From: a virus
Virus record (IMG/VR): IMGVR_UViG_3300037264_004862
Location: 32,001-96,000 of that record
Length of the DNA stretch: 64,000 nucleotides
Strand: one strand, 5' to 3'
The notes under the pieces are model-generated. The model searched no databases and was not told the DNA's origin. It saw only the letters and a program-made list of their open reading frames with translations. Below are positions 9,960 through 18,646 of the stretch, piece after piece. Numbering within the stretch: the first letter of the stretch is position 1; each line of letters begins with the position of its first letter. The translations under genes and the position numbers were made by a program.

Positions 9960-10062
9960 TGCTTAATTTATTTTTGCGCATCTCTTTGTATATTTCACCA
10001 TAAAGCCAAGACATCAATATGCCAGATATTAATCCAAGCCCATACCACATAGCATATATCAT
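9898..10062 (-). CDS. Small membrane protein (below ORF-track cutoff)
   Basis: Manual translation MIYAMWYGLGLISGILMSWLYGEIYKEMRK... (54 aa); start overlaps the upstream stop. Confidence 0.35.
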   Translation of the reverse strand: MIYAMWYGLGLISGILMSWLYGEIYKEMRKNKLSNDSTINICPAPTLKRARRNT

Positions 10063-10640
10063 TATCTTACCTTAGCATACATAGGATACATCATTAATTT
10101 AGGTGTATTGCCTCTAGTGACAGTTTTAAATACTGATGTTTTTAATATAAGACCGCCCTTATAGGTACCAGTACCTTTCTTAATGGCCTCGATAGTCTCT
10201 GAGTTTAATTGGATGGTTTTTAAAACTTCTTGAGTGTCTATAATTTTCCCATATAAATCACGAAGCATGCCTGGGCCAGCGAATTTATTTAGTGATACAC
10301 GCACGTCTACCAAACGCATCGCATCATTTTCAATAACTACATAATAAATGGCTTGAGGGATTCTAGCAGTTGTCATCAATCCTACGAACTTAGCTGAATA
10401 CTTTTCCATAAATAGTTTGATATGTTTATTGTTAGTAGGGTTGGCTATTTTACCTGCGAAATCTCCAAATTTGAAGTAGACATACTCATCTTTACGATAA
10501 ATCAGGATAGTGAGTCCTTTATTGGGATATGATTTTATCACGTATACAAATTGATCGATGATCTCTGGGAGCAAATCAAATTTTTGGATCTCAGGGTATG
10601 CTAATATAGCCGGAAGTGTCGGTAAGGTCATATATACCAA
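10062..10640 (-). CDS. Hypothetical protein
   Basis: 192-aa ORF within operon. Confidence 0.65.
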   Translation of the reverse strand: MVYMTLPTLPAILAYPEIQKFDLLPEIIDQFVYVIKSYPNKGLTILIYRKDEYVYFKFGDFAGKIANPTNNKHIKLFMEKYSAKFVGLMTTARIPQAIYYVVIENDAMRLVDVRVSLNKFAGPGMLRDLYGKIIDTQEVLKTIQLNSETIEAIKKGTGTYKGGLILKTSVFKTVTRGNTPKLMMYPMYAKVR

Positions 10641-10927
10641 ATTTGAGTATTCGCAATATTTTGAAGTACAGCATATTTACCTGCCCTAGACTGACGAATA
10701 GATGATGTACTCATTTTCTTCGTGTTTTTCTCAAAATCTAATTCATCCATTGCCAGTAATAAAACTGGCAATCCTGCCTGCACTACTGACAGGACTCCAC
10801 CATCTATGGCATTAATTAATCCAAATGAATGGGTGAACCACCCATGACAAATTATCATATCACCTAATTGTGGCTCCCACTTCAACAATGGTTTATATTG
10901 AGCCAATTGGACTGTTATGTTTTTCAT
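10628..10927 (-). CDS. Hypothetical protein
   Basis: 99-aa ORF within operon. Confidence 0.6.
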   Translation of the reverse strand: MKNITVQLAQYKPLLKWEPQLGDMIICHGWFTHSFGLINAIDGGVLSVVQAGLPVLLLAMDELDFEKNTKKMSTSSIRQSRAGKYAVLQNIANTQIWYI

Positions 10928-11292
10928 TAGCTAATCTTGTCCAACTTTTGGGTCCATGGATCAAATTCGTATTGGCCATCAGACAAGCTCCATGTTACTT
11001 TAAGTCCGTTACGCTTACCATCTAAGCGGCGATCAATAAGAGTATCAACCCATGAATATCTGTGGCCGCCCTTAGGACGAGCTGGCGGAAACCCACCATA
11101 ATCTATGTCTTTTACGCTATCACTCTTTGTAATAAACTCGTCCTGGCGCTTAACGATATCCATCCCTTCTATAAGAAGTTTACGGATAGTAGTTTCAGCC
11201 ATGAATGGCTCGAGAGCTTTCACAAGTTGGTCGTGGCTTTTAACTACTACCTTCTCGAGCTCATTTAAGTCCTTCTTGGTCATTGTGGTCAC
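10927..11292 (-). CDS. Hypothetical protein
   Basis: 121-aa ORF within operon. Confidence 0.6.
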   Translation of the reverse strand: MTTMTKKDLNELEKVVVKSHDQLVKALEPFMAETTIRKLLIEGMDIVKRQDEFITKSDSVKDIDYGGFPPARPKGGHRYSWVDTLIDRRLDGKRNGLKVTWSLSDGQYEFDPWTQKLDKIS

Positions 11293-11623
11293 CTATTTTA
11301 TGTAAAACACATGTCCATGGATGGCGGCTAAACCATCTAGACATTAATTCATGAAACCAATTTGCCAATCTATGTACCGCGAAAGTTTTTATAACTATAT
11401 CAGCCCACCAATACCCTGTTAATGAAAGTGGTACTGACCACGCTAATGCCGCAGATACCCAAACAGAACAACAATACCCGCATGTTATTAGTCTTGATAC
11501 AAGATTTAATATGATATTGTTTTGACGGGAGAACCAACCTCTACATTCAAGCAATAGATCACTTGCCACTATAATCTCAGTAATCGCCTCTACTGCTAAT
11601 ATTATAAACAAAAGTGTAATCAT
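11261..11623 (-). CDS. DUF1360-like membrane protein
   Basis: Hydrophobic helices flanking LITCGYCCSVW (CxxCxxxW). Confidence 0.6.
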   Translation of the reverse strand: MITLLFIILAVEAITEIIVASDLLLECRGWFSRQNNIILNLVSRLITCGYCCSVWVSAALAWSVPLSLTGYWWADIVIKTFAVHRLANWFHELMSRWFSRHPWTCVLHKIGDHNDQEGLK

Positions 11624-11796
11624 ATGGATACGTACCTACATTCTCTGTTTATACATGCCGAGCTTACTATATATTGTTTGGTTTTAGTACTATAACTTTT
11701 GACGGTTCTAGTAGGCCAACTACATTTTAAGCATCGCTTCTGATTTGGTGGATATCGATTTTTGCCACTACCACAGCCACCACAATCTTTCGCCAT
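11620..11796 (-). CDS. Small Zn-ribbon protein, paralog B (not in ORF track)
   Basis: MAKDCGGCGSGKNRYPPNQKRCLKCSWPTRTVKSYSTKTKQYIVSSACINRECRYVSI (58 aa), ATGA-coupled to the next gene. Confidence 0.65.
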   Translation of the reverse strand: MAKDCGGCGSGKNRYPPNQKRCLKCSWPTRTVKSYSTKTKQYIVSSACINRECRYVSI

Positions 11797-11799
11797 GCA

Positions 11800-11973
11800 T
11801 TATTTAGACTTGGAGTACTTACAAGATGCATTAGTACAAACTAACATTGTCTCATTTTTACGTGTCTTGAGATTATATTTTACCACCGATCGCATATACC
11901 AATTACATTTAGGGCATGATGTACCATTATGTGCAGTTCTTAACGTACCCTTCTTATTGCACCCACATCCCAT
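11800..11973 (-). CDS. Small Zn-ribbon protein, paralog A (not in ORF track)
   Basis: MGCGCNKKGTLRTAHNGTSCPKCNWYMRSVVKYNLKTRKNETMLVCTNASCKYSKSK (57 aa), TAATG-coupled. Confidence 0.65.
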   Translation of the reverse strand: MGCGCNKKGTLRTAHNGTSCPKCNWYMRSVVKYNLKTRKNETMLVCTNASCKYSKSK

Positions 11974-12500
11974 TATTTTAGCCTTTTGCGCAATAACTCA
12001 ATTTGATGTTTGAAACTATTTGGATAAGGTAGAATTTCCAGCTTCTTCTTTGTGAAACGCTTTAAGCCTTTGCGAATGATTGTTAAGTCTTGGCATTTAT
12101 TAAGCTTAGTAATAATGTTTTGTTCTTCTTTAAGTCTCCGATTAATCCATTCTATATTGGTTTTTTTGCGGTGGCATTCGTTGCACGACTTTTGCAAATT
12201 AGATTTATCACACCACATTCGCCTAAAATAAGTATTAAAATCAACAAACCCAACTTTAGGGTCTACTACAGGTTGAATATGATCTATTACAACTTTAGAA
12301 CCTTTGGTGGAACGTTTCCATTCACCACAAATATTACATAGGTGCTCATTTGCGTCAACTTTATGTCGTGAACCATCTTTATTATAACGAGAAACTTTGC
12401 GTCTATTTTCTTTCATTAACTCTACCACCATTGGTGAGCGCGAAAAGGCACGCCGCCAAGCTTGTCGGGCAGCCATTATCGGATCGTAGTTTCTAGGCAT
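11973..12500 (-). CDS. HNH endonuclease
   Basis: CNICG, VIDHIQPVVDP, NLQKSCNECHRKKT. Confidence 0.8.
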   Translation of the reverse strand: MPRNYDPIMAARQAWRRAFSRSPMVVELMKENRRKVSRYNKDGSRHKVDANEHLCNICGEWKRSTKGSKVVIDHIQPVVDPKVGFVDFNTYFRRMWCDKSNLQKSCNECHRKKTNIEWINRRLKEEQNIITKLNKCQDLTIIRKGLKRFTKKKLEILPYPNSFKHQIELLRKRLK

Positions 12501-12874
12501 TATATTGGTGCTTTAATATTACAAAAGACTGGTATTTCAAAGACTCGTCCTTTATAAGCTACTAATATTTTAACTTTCAATATTTTGCCATGCAATCCTT
12601 CAGGAAACATGCCTTCAAGGTGGATGTTGTTTTTAGCGTTAATACAAATGTTATCTACTGATCCGTCTTTAAAATAAGTAGTAACACTTATGATAACTGC
12701 CTCTGCTTCCTTGAATTTGATATGCAAATGTCTACGATTAGGGTTTTCTTCCCAGATTGGCTGGTGGCTACACCAAGCATAAACTTCCGGTTCCCAAATA
12801 GTCTGGGCGACATTAGTACAAGGTGCACTAAAGCAACCCGCCACTAGGAGGAGCGCTATGATAAACGATCTCAT
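12500..12874 (-). CDS. Putative lipoprotein
   Basis: MRSFIIALLLVAG-C lipobox-like. Confidence 0.55.
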   Translation of the reverse strand: MRSFIIALLLVAGCFSAPCTNVAQTIWEPEVYAWCSHQPIWEENPNRRHLHIKFKEAEAVIISVTTYFKDGSVDNICINAKNNIHLEGMFPEGLHGKILKVKILVAYKGRVFEIPVFCNIKAPI

Positions 12875-13143
12875 AATAAGACTTTTCCGGCAATATTTAG
12901 AATAATACCGGCGTACATTTCAATGTTAGCAAGAATTTGAGCCTTTTTATCGTTGTCGCTGGCCGTGCTTCGAACAATCTGTATTAGACCCAAAAGTTTA
13001 TTCTTGTCTTCTATAGTTGGGGCAATCTTCTGGAGTTCCGTCACTGTCAACTTAGTGAGCGAGGCTATCTTATCTTTAAGCTGTTCATTTGTATTCTTTT
13101 CAGCTTCGTTTAAGACATCATCAAATTCGTCGTCAGTCATCAA
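12871..13143 (-). CDS. Hypothetical helical protein
   Basis: 90-aa ORF, coupled. Confidence 0.6.
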   Translation of the reverse strand: MMTDDEFDDVLNEAEKNTNEQLKDKIASLTKLTVTELQKIAPTIEDKNKLLGLIQIVRSTASDNDKKAQILANIEMYAGIILNIAGKVLL

Positions 13144-13730
13144 TCACCAAGCGCTTTCTGTAACGCTCCGTTAAGCATATTATTAACGTCAGTTACGCTA
13201 CCCATCAGTTTATTCTCAAGATCCTTCGATTGTACACCAAATTGAGATGTAAAATCGTTGATCAGCTTACTTCTAGTATTTTCTACGCCAGCCGCAGACC
13301 TTATAAGATTGGTCACTTCTGTATTGGCCTGTTCCATTAATGCATAATAATCTTCAAGAGATTTTAAAACAGTTTGCTTGTTGGTCCAAACCGCCTTCAG
13401 CCATCCCATGCGAGCACTCATAATTCTATTAATAGCAGCATCGTACTGAGCTGGTGTCAAATCAGTGAAGTTTGGGTCTTTCTGTTTCATAATCTTACGA
13501 ACATTATCCATGAAAGCTGGTTTATATTCGTTAATGGCGAACTTGTCGACTTGTAGAGCAAGGCTATCAAAATGTTGGTCAACCATGCTAATATGTGCGG
13601 CCTTAGCTTTGGATATCATTTGACCCAAGGTTTTTGAAAGCTCTATGGCTTCCGGTGGAATAGTTACGCAGCTGGTCATCGCCGCCGTGATGGCGATGAC
13701 CAGCATGCTTAGTTTTTTAAATCTATTCAC
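13140..13730 (-). CDS. Putative lipoprotein
   Basis: MNRFKKLSMLVIAITAAMTS-C. Confidence 0.65.
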   Translation of the reverse strand: MNRFKKLSMLVIAITAAMTSCVTIPPEAIELSKTLGQMISKAKAAHISMVDQHFDSLALQVDKFAINEYKPAFMDNVRKIMKQKDPNFTDLTPAQYDAAINRIMSARMGWLKAVWTNKQTVLKSLEDYYALMEQANTEVTNLIRSAAGVENTRSKLINDFTSQFGVQSKDLENKLMGSVTDVNNMLNGALQKALGD

Positions 13731-14291
13731 TTAGTTTTTTGGCCAAACCAAAGTCTGTTTTGGTTGAACCTTCGCCCATTCAACGGCACTCTTTGAAGCA
13801 CTACCAGTTGGAGTAGGAACAGGAACAGATGCCATTCCGGCTTCTGCACCATCCGCTAAACCATTAAATAACGCAAGTAGAGCGCCTTTAGTACGTGAGT
13901 CGAGCTTCGCTGCAGGATTCTCAGGCAAGTTAATCTGACCGGCGGCAACATTAATAGTCAATCTCAAGATGTCAACCATAGTAGAAGACAATTGACTCGC
14001 AGCATTTTCAAGAATTGCATCAACAGTACTGCGCAGAACTTCTACGGTTGTAGAAGAGAAAAGTGGAACCACATTCTCTCTGATCAATTTAATGGCCAAT
14101 TGAGCATCTGCTCTAATCGTAGCGTCATCAGCTGGGACCTTTTCTAACGCAACTTTTAGAGCGACCTTCGCCGTGCGTTTTGAGCCATTATAGATAGTAT
14201 TCGCCAAGTCTTCATCTGACATGTTCCTTAACAAGGAACAACCACCTAGCGTCATACAAAACGCCAGTGCTAGAAATGCGGCTAATTTCAT
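13731..14291 (-). CDS. Putative lipoprotein
   Basis: MKLAAFLALAFCMTLGG-C; GGAGG RBS. Confidence 0.7.
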   Translation of the reverse strand: MKLAAFLALAFCMTLGGCSLLRNMSDEDLANTIYNGSKRTAKVALKVALEKVPADDATIRADAQLAIKLIRENVVPLFSSTTVEVLRSTVDAILENAASQLSSTMVDILRLTINVAAGQINLPENPAAKLDSRTKGALLALFNGLADGAEAGMASVPVPTPTGSASKSAVEWAKVQPKQTLVWPKN

Positions 14292-14303
14292 ATTACCTCC
14301 AAA

Positions 14304-15188
14304 TTATTGTAAATTTTTAAATGGCAGTGACAAATTATCAATGTCTGCCATTAATCCGCGTAGTTTATATTTAAATATTACTGATTTAACTATTCCTATA
14401 TTAAATGATATTGGTACTAATTGTTGGGATGTAATGTAGTCTACATTCTCTTGTAAATGAGGGTTCATACCAAGATCGATGATTTGTTTATTGCGCTCAA
14501 AGATGGTGTCACCTACTAATTGTTTTTGGCCATCTTGCATGATAAACGCTTTATCGGACGCAAAGAATTCAGCCCTAATTTTTTCATCCAAGATTAACGG
14601 CTTGACTTTAACCTTACCAACACCATAATATCCTCCAATATTATCAGATTTATCACCAGTTAACGCTTTAACCAAGATCGGATCAAGGCTTGGAGTATCT
14701 TCAAACCCAAGTTTCTTAGATAAGGGGTTATATATTTTAATATGAGAGTGTCTGAAAGTGATCTGTTTAAAATCTCCGTCACCAGACAAAATAATCGACT
14801 CAGCATTGATGTTATTCTTAATAAAAGCATAAATTAGATCATCTGCTTCCTGGTTGTGATTAAAGTATTGTCTAACATTAAGGTACCTTAAAGTTTCAAT
14901 GGCAATAATCATTTGACGACGTAATTCGGCTGGAACATCAAATCCACGATCAATATATTGGTCTTTTCGTTGCGCTTTATATTCATGGTATATTGTTTTA
15001 CGCCAAGACCTCTTAGCGTCCCAGAATATATGAACTGATTTCGGTCTGAATTTGTTTATATAATTATTGATAAAACGTAGGAATATCAAGAAATAATCGT
15101 GGCCGAGCTGTTTAAATCTAGGATCTACAAAACCAGCAAATACGCTACGATAAAGACTATTTTTCCCATCGATTAACAAGTTATCCAT
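14304..15188 (-). CDS. 5'-3' exonuclease / flap endonuclease (T4 RNase H-like)
   Basis: LLIDG, WRK..Y.EYKAQR, EADD, LSGDGDF, LTGDKSDNIGG..GVG. Confidence 0.9.
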   Translation of the reverse strand: MDNLLIDGKNSLYRSVFAGFVDPRFKQLGHDYFLIFLRFINNYINKFRPKSVHIFWDAKRSWRKTIYHEYKAQRKDQYIDRGFDVPAELRRQMIIAIETLRYLNVRQYFNHNQEADDLIYAFIKNNINAESIILSGDGDFKQITFRHSHIKIYNPLSKKLGFEDTPSLDPILVKALTGDKSDNIGGYYGVGKVKVKPLILDEKIRAEFFASDKAFIMQDGQKQLVGDTIFERNKQIIDLGMNPHLQENVDYITSQQLVPISFNIGIVKSVIFKYKLRGLMADIDNLSLPFKNLQ

Positions 15189-15237
15189 GGTTAATGTCGT
15201 TCTTATATCTTCAAGGCCTCAAGAACCTATTTACAGA

Positions 15238-15270
15238 ACGACCCGGTAGTTTCTTAGGCTACCGGGTCGT
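15238..15270 (-). terminator. GC-rich hairpin downstream of the SSB gene (probable terminator)
   Basis: ACGACCCGGTAG / CTACCGGGTCGT perfect inverted repeat; no long U-tract. Confidence 0.6.
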
Positions 15271-15275
15271 CAAAA

Positions 15276-16322
15276 TTAGTTACCCTTGCGAATATCGTCC
15301 AGTAATTTATTCAGCTCATCATCAGAATCATTAGAAACTGGTGTCGGAGCTTGTGTCACTGGCTTCTCGACAAAGGTAGCAGATGTTGCCTTAACGGCCG
15401 GTTTTGTTACTGGCTTGGCAGCCGTAGCAGTTGATGTTGCGGATTTACCCGCAACATGAACAACCTTGACATCACTAGGTTCTTCAATGAGAGTTGTCGC
15501 GGAGCCATCAACTAACTTATCCTCGGCGGGAGCTGGCTTACGCTGAACTTCACCACTAAGCACTTCGCGGGCGCGCTCTGCAAGCTTTGCAGCATCGCGA
15601 GGCGCGAACTTAGTGAACAGATCATGACGTTGATTGAGTATTTCAGCAATCTTCGTGTCATCTGGTTCATTACCCTTCTTGATCATTGGCCCCTTAGATG
15701 CAGGAAGGAATTTGGATGACTTATAATCATTGTAATCACCTTGATGCTTCACTTCCAGCTGGAAAGTATAAGCATCATTTGGATCATAGAACAAGCCATA
15801 CGCCTGAGGGTCTTGCTCATCGTTGGAAGCATCACGCATAATGGTGCTTTCCATGATGTCGTAAACCGTCTTCTGTAAGGCATACCACATCACTTTCCCA
15901 CGGAGCTCCACAGGGGTGCTCTCGAATGGTGGGAAATAGATATTAACAGCCCATGACTGCTTGGGGAAGTACGTCTTAATGATGTTCTTTCTTGTATCCT
16001 CGTCATCAGTGTCCTTCAATAGATCAAAACCTAATTGACAGAAGGCACATTCTTTACCGTCATGGATGCGGGGACATTCATAGGGCTTCTGATTGATCCA
16101 GTGAGTACCAGCCATGACATACCATAGGTCCATGGTCCGTGACGCTTGGCCACTAGCACATTGGTCGTCGACCTGAAGAGGAGGTAGCACATAGAACTTC
16201 AGTTTAAAGGTTTCATTTTCTTTAACCTGAGGTGGAATGTACTGCATTGGGTCGCGTGCGCGACCGCCCTTCTTTTCCCGCATCTTGCGGCGTACTTCTT
16301 CTAGCGCGGCATTTCGATCCAT
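15276..16322 (-). CDS. Single-stranded DNA-binding protein (T4 gp32-like)
   Basis: FYVLPP, HW..CP..CAFC, FYDP, YNDYKSSKF, acidic tail DSDDELNKLLDDI. Confidence 0.8.
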   Translation of the reverse strand: MDRNAALEEVRRKMREKKGGRARDPMQYIPPQVKENETFKLKFYVLPPLQVDDQCASGQASRTMDLWYVMAGTHWINQKPYECPRIHDGKECAFCQLGFDLLKDTDDEDTRKNIIKTYFPKQSWAVNIYFPPFESTPVELRGKVMWYALQKTVYDIMESTIMRDASNDEQDPQAYGLFYDPNDAYTFQLEVKHQGDYNDYKSSKFLPASKGPMIKKGNEPDDTKIAEILNQRHDLFTKFAPRDAAKLAERAREVLSGEVQRKPAPAEDKLVDGSATTLIEEPSDVKVVHVAGKSATSTATAAKPVTKPAVKATSATFVEKPVTQAPTPVSNDSDDELNKLLDDIRKGN

Positions 16323-16382
16323 AACAATTCACCTTTCAAAAAAATGCACCAATCATACACAATGATCGCGGCGCAATAATAT

Positions 16383-16865
16383 TTACAAGTCGGAATCTCT
16401 AAGTTCTTGTTTTTTAAATCCCGCTAGTGATCGTAGATGCTCAGATTTCATTCTGATGGCATCGACGGCGGCATAGACCTTGCTAACGGTTCTTTCCGCC
16501 CCAATTAGCTTTGATTCTAGAGCTAATATGTTTTCATCACTATCTAGTAATATTTCAATGTCTGAAGCACGCAATTTCACAGCATCATTCTTAGATGCTT
16601 CATATAATTCTCTGGCTAGTTTAGCGCGACGATATTTAACCGTCCGCTCGAGGGTTGCAACTTGCTTCTTCGCTTCTGCAAGCATAGATGAATAAAATAA
16701 AAAGGCAGCTGGGGTCTCATCAAGCTGGTGCTCAAGCTGGTCATAATTGATAATTACATCGGGTCGCATATCGCGCTCAATGACATTTTCGCCATCAGTA
16801 AACTTAATCCTCAGGAGTTGTTTGGCAATATCGTCGCCAATGTTGTTATCTTCAAACCAGGACAT
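16383..16865 (-). CDS. UvsY-like recombination mediator
   Basis: Helical protein with INYDQLE..LDETP and AIRMKSEHLRSL; adjacent to SSB. Confidence 0.55.
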   Translation of the reverse strand: MSWFEDNNIGDDIAKQLLRIKFTDGENVIERDMRPDVIINYDQLEHQLDETPAAFLFYSSMLAEAKKQVATLERTVKYRRAKLARELYEASKNDAVKLRASDIEILLDSDENILALESKLIGAERTVSKVYAAVDAIRMKSEHLRSLAGFKKQELRDSDL

Positions 16866-17112
16866 TTTTTTCCTCTAAAATTGAGAACATCCAAGCACCA
16901 TTAATAAGTTTAGCTCTAACCCAAATAAGTACCGTCTCAGGGCTTTCATTGCTAAAAATACTTACTGCAATTGTCTTTTTTGAGGGGCCATTTAAACTAA
17001 GCTTATCCATAATTCTGTCGATTGAATAGATATTCTTTGAATGAATCCAATCGCCTCTACATGATTCGAGTTCGATAAGATTCAACCAGTGAATACCGCT
17101 GTCGTCGGTCAT
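16852..17112 (-). CDS. Hypothetical protein
   Basis: 86-aa coupled ORF. Confidence 0.5.
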   Translation of the reverse strand: MTDDSGIHWLNLIELESCRGDWIHSKNIYSIDRIMDKLSLNGPSKKTIAVSIFSNESPETVLIWVRAKLINGAWMFSILEEKNVLV

Positions 17113-18278
17113 ACTCTATATACTCTGAGCTCTTTCCAATGTTTCCATTTACTACCTACTGACACCCGCAACGGGAAAACAGGATTGTTTTCTAAAAGTC
17201 CATCAAATGGTCTGAGCATGACGCCTGTAACATCTTTGATGAGTTGTGAGACCATTTGTGATTTACAGCAAAGAATAATCGAATCGTGAAGTTCAGTTAA
17301 GACACAATTAGGGTATTTTTTATGAATCTTAACTAGTGAATTCTGCATGGCATGGGCCACTGAGCCTTGCATTTGAGCATTAAAAACTTGCCTACGAGAC
17401 TCCAATAATTGCTGTTCGTTATCACCATGCATATAAAATTTACGGTTCAACATTGATGTTAGATAACCTTGGGTGTCCATTTTTTCAATAGTGGCTTCAG
17501 CCCATTGTTTTAAAACTTTATAATGTCTAAATATGTCACTATTTAGATTGAATGAATATAATCCTGGTAATACTCGGCCTTTACATTCTGCACGGCTGAT
17601 GTTATTGATTTTAGCTAGATCTGTATATGGGTCCGAATTTATAAATGATTGTTGTAGCTCAATGTCACCAGAGATAAGAGACGCAGCCCTTAAATCTGCC
17701 GAAATCCAATCAACGCTAATAAAAACATCGTAGTCAGGGCGGAAATGGGTTATACTAGTATCATTACCAGTGCCTTGAATATTAAAACCCGACGTTGATG
17801 ACCTACCAGTAATCTTGAATTGATAATTTGGGTGGATAGGGTCAATATTTCCTTCATAAATTATGCCACGCTTTTCTAGATCACAATAAACTATAGTAGC
17901 TCTAGCCATAAGTTCTTGCCACTTGTCACCGTCAGATCTCATAATAAGGTTGGCGAGCCGCTCTTTGGCAAAACTTTCAAGGAACGCCCACTCCTTAGTA
18001 ATAATTAAGTCTTCAGTTGGAGTTTCTTTTACTTTATAGTCTTGATCTAGAGGTAAACTAAGTGCTAGAATATGGGCCTTGAAGTCATTTATCGTGACTT
18101 GCTGGGTAGTAATGACATCTCTCAGATATCGCGCTTTTTCACGAGTCGTTATAGCTTGTTCGCTATTGCCTTTGACGTACATTGGATATACATCAATTAC
18201 GCCTTCATCATCTTGAACTGCGACAACTAATATTTTTGGTATCGGTTTTGATTTATCGAAAACTGTGTAGATGAACAT
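17109..18278 (-). CDS. Minimal family A DNA polymerase domain
   Basis: TGRSS..FNIQG, motif A DWISADLR, motif B RAECK...LY, NAQMQGSVA, motif C ELHDSII. Confidence 0.8.
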   Translation of the reverse strand: MFIYTVFDKSKPIPKILVVAVQDDEGVIDVYPMYVKGNSEQAITTREKARYLRDVITTQQVTINDFKAHILALSLPLDQDYKVKETPTEDLIITKEWAFLESFAKERLANLIMRSDGDKWQELMARATIVYCDLEKRGIIYEGNIDPIHPNYQFKITGRSSTSGFNIQGTGNDTSITHFRPDYDVFISVDWISADLRAASLISGDIELQQSFINSDPYTDLAKINNISRAECKGRVLPGLYSFNLNSDIFRHYKVLKQWAEATIEKMDTQGYLTSMLNRKFYMHGDNEQQLLESRRQVFNAQMQGSVAHAMQNSLVKIHKKYPNCVLTELHDSIILCCKSQMVSQLIKDVTGVMLRPFDGLLENNPVFPLRVSVGSKWKHWKELRVYRV

Positions 18279-18646
18279 TATTTCTTCGGAATTTTCTTCT
18301 TCCTTAATCTACGCTTCAAATCATCTACCTCTCCAGGTTGCCGCATATAGCCATAGGGATCATCTCCTTTAGTTTCGAGGAGACGCAAATCCATCTGGCG
18401 CTTAGCATCGGCGCGGTTTAGATAGCAATTGCCTCTAGTCCAGCCTATGAAGGAAGCGCCGTGCCACGTACGCTCAGTTGCACCAGCGCATATAGGACAT
18501 TTAATGTCAGGCCTGTCATTCATTCCGTGTTGTTCAGTCCAGACTAAGATGCCTTTTGGGTGTTTCTCAATAGCCAACTTCTCTTTCAGTTCTTTACTGA
18601 GGAGTTTAGCCTTGCATAGTTTCAGACAGACGTAGTTATAAAACAT
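18278..18646 (-). CDS. FmdB-like Zn-ribbon protein
   Basis: YNYVCLKLC ... HGMND.P..CPIC. Confidence 0.6.
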   Translation of the reverse strand: MFYNYVCLKLCKAKLLSKELKEKLAIEKHPKGILVWTEQHGMNDRPDIKCPICAGATERTWHGASFIGWTRGNCYLNRADAKRQMDLRLLETKGDDPYGYMRQPGEVDDLKRRLRKKKIPKK

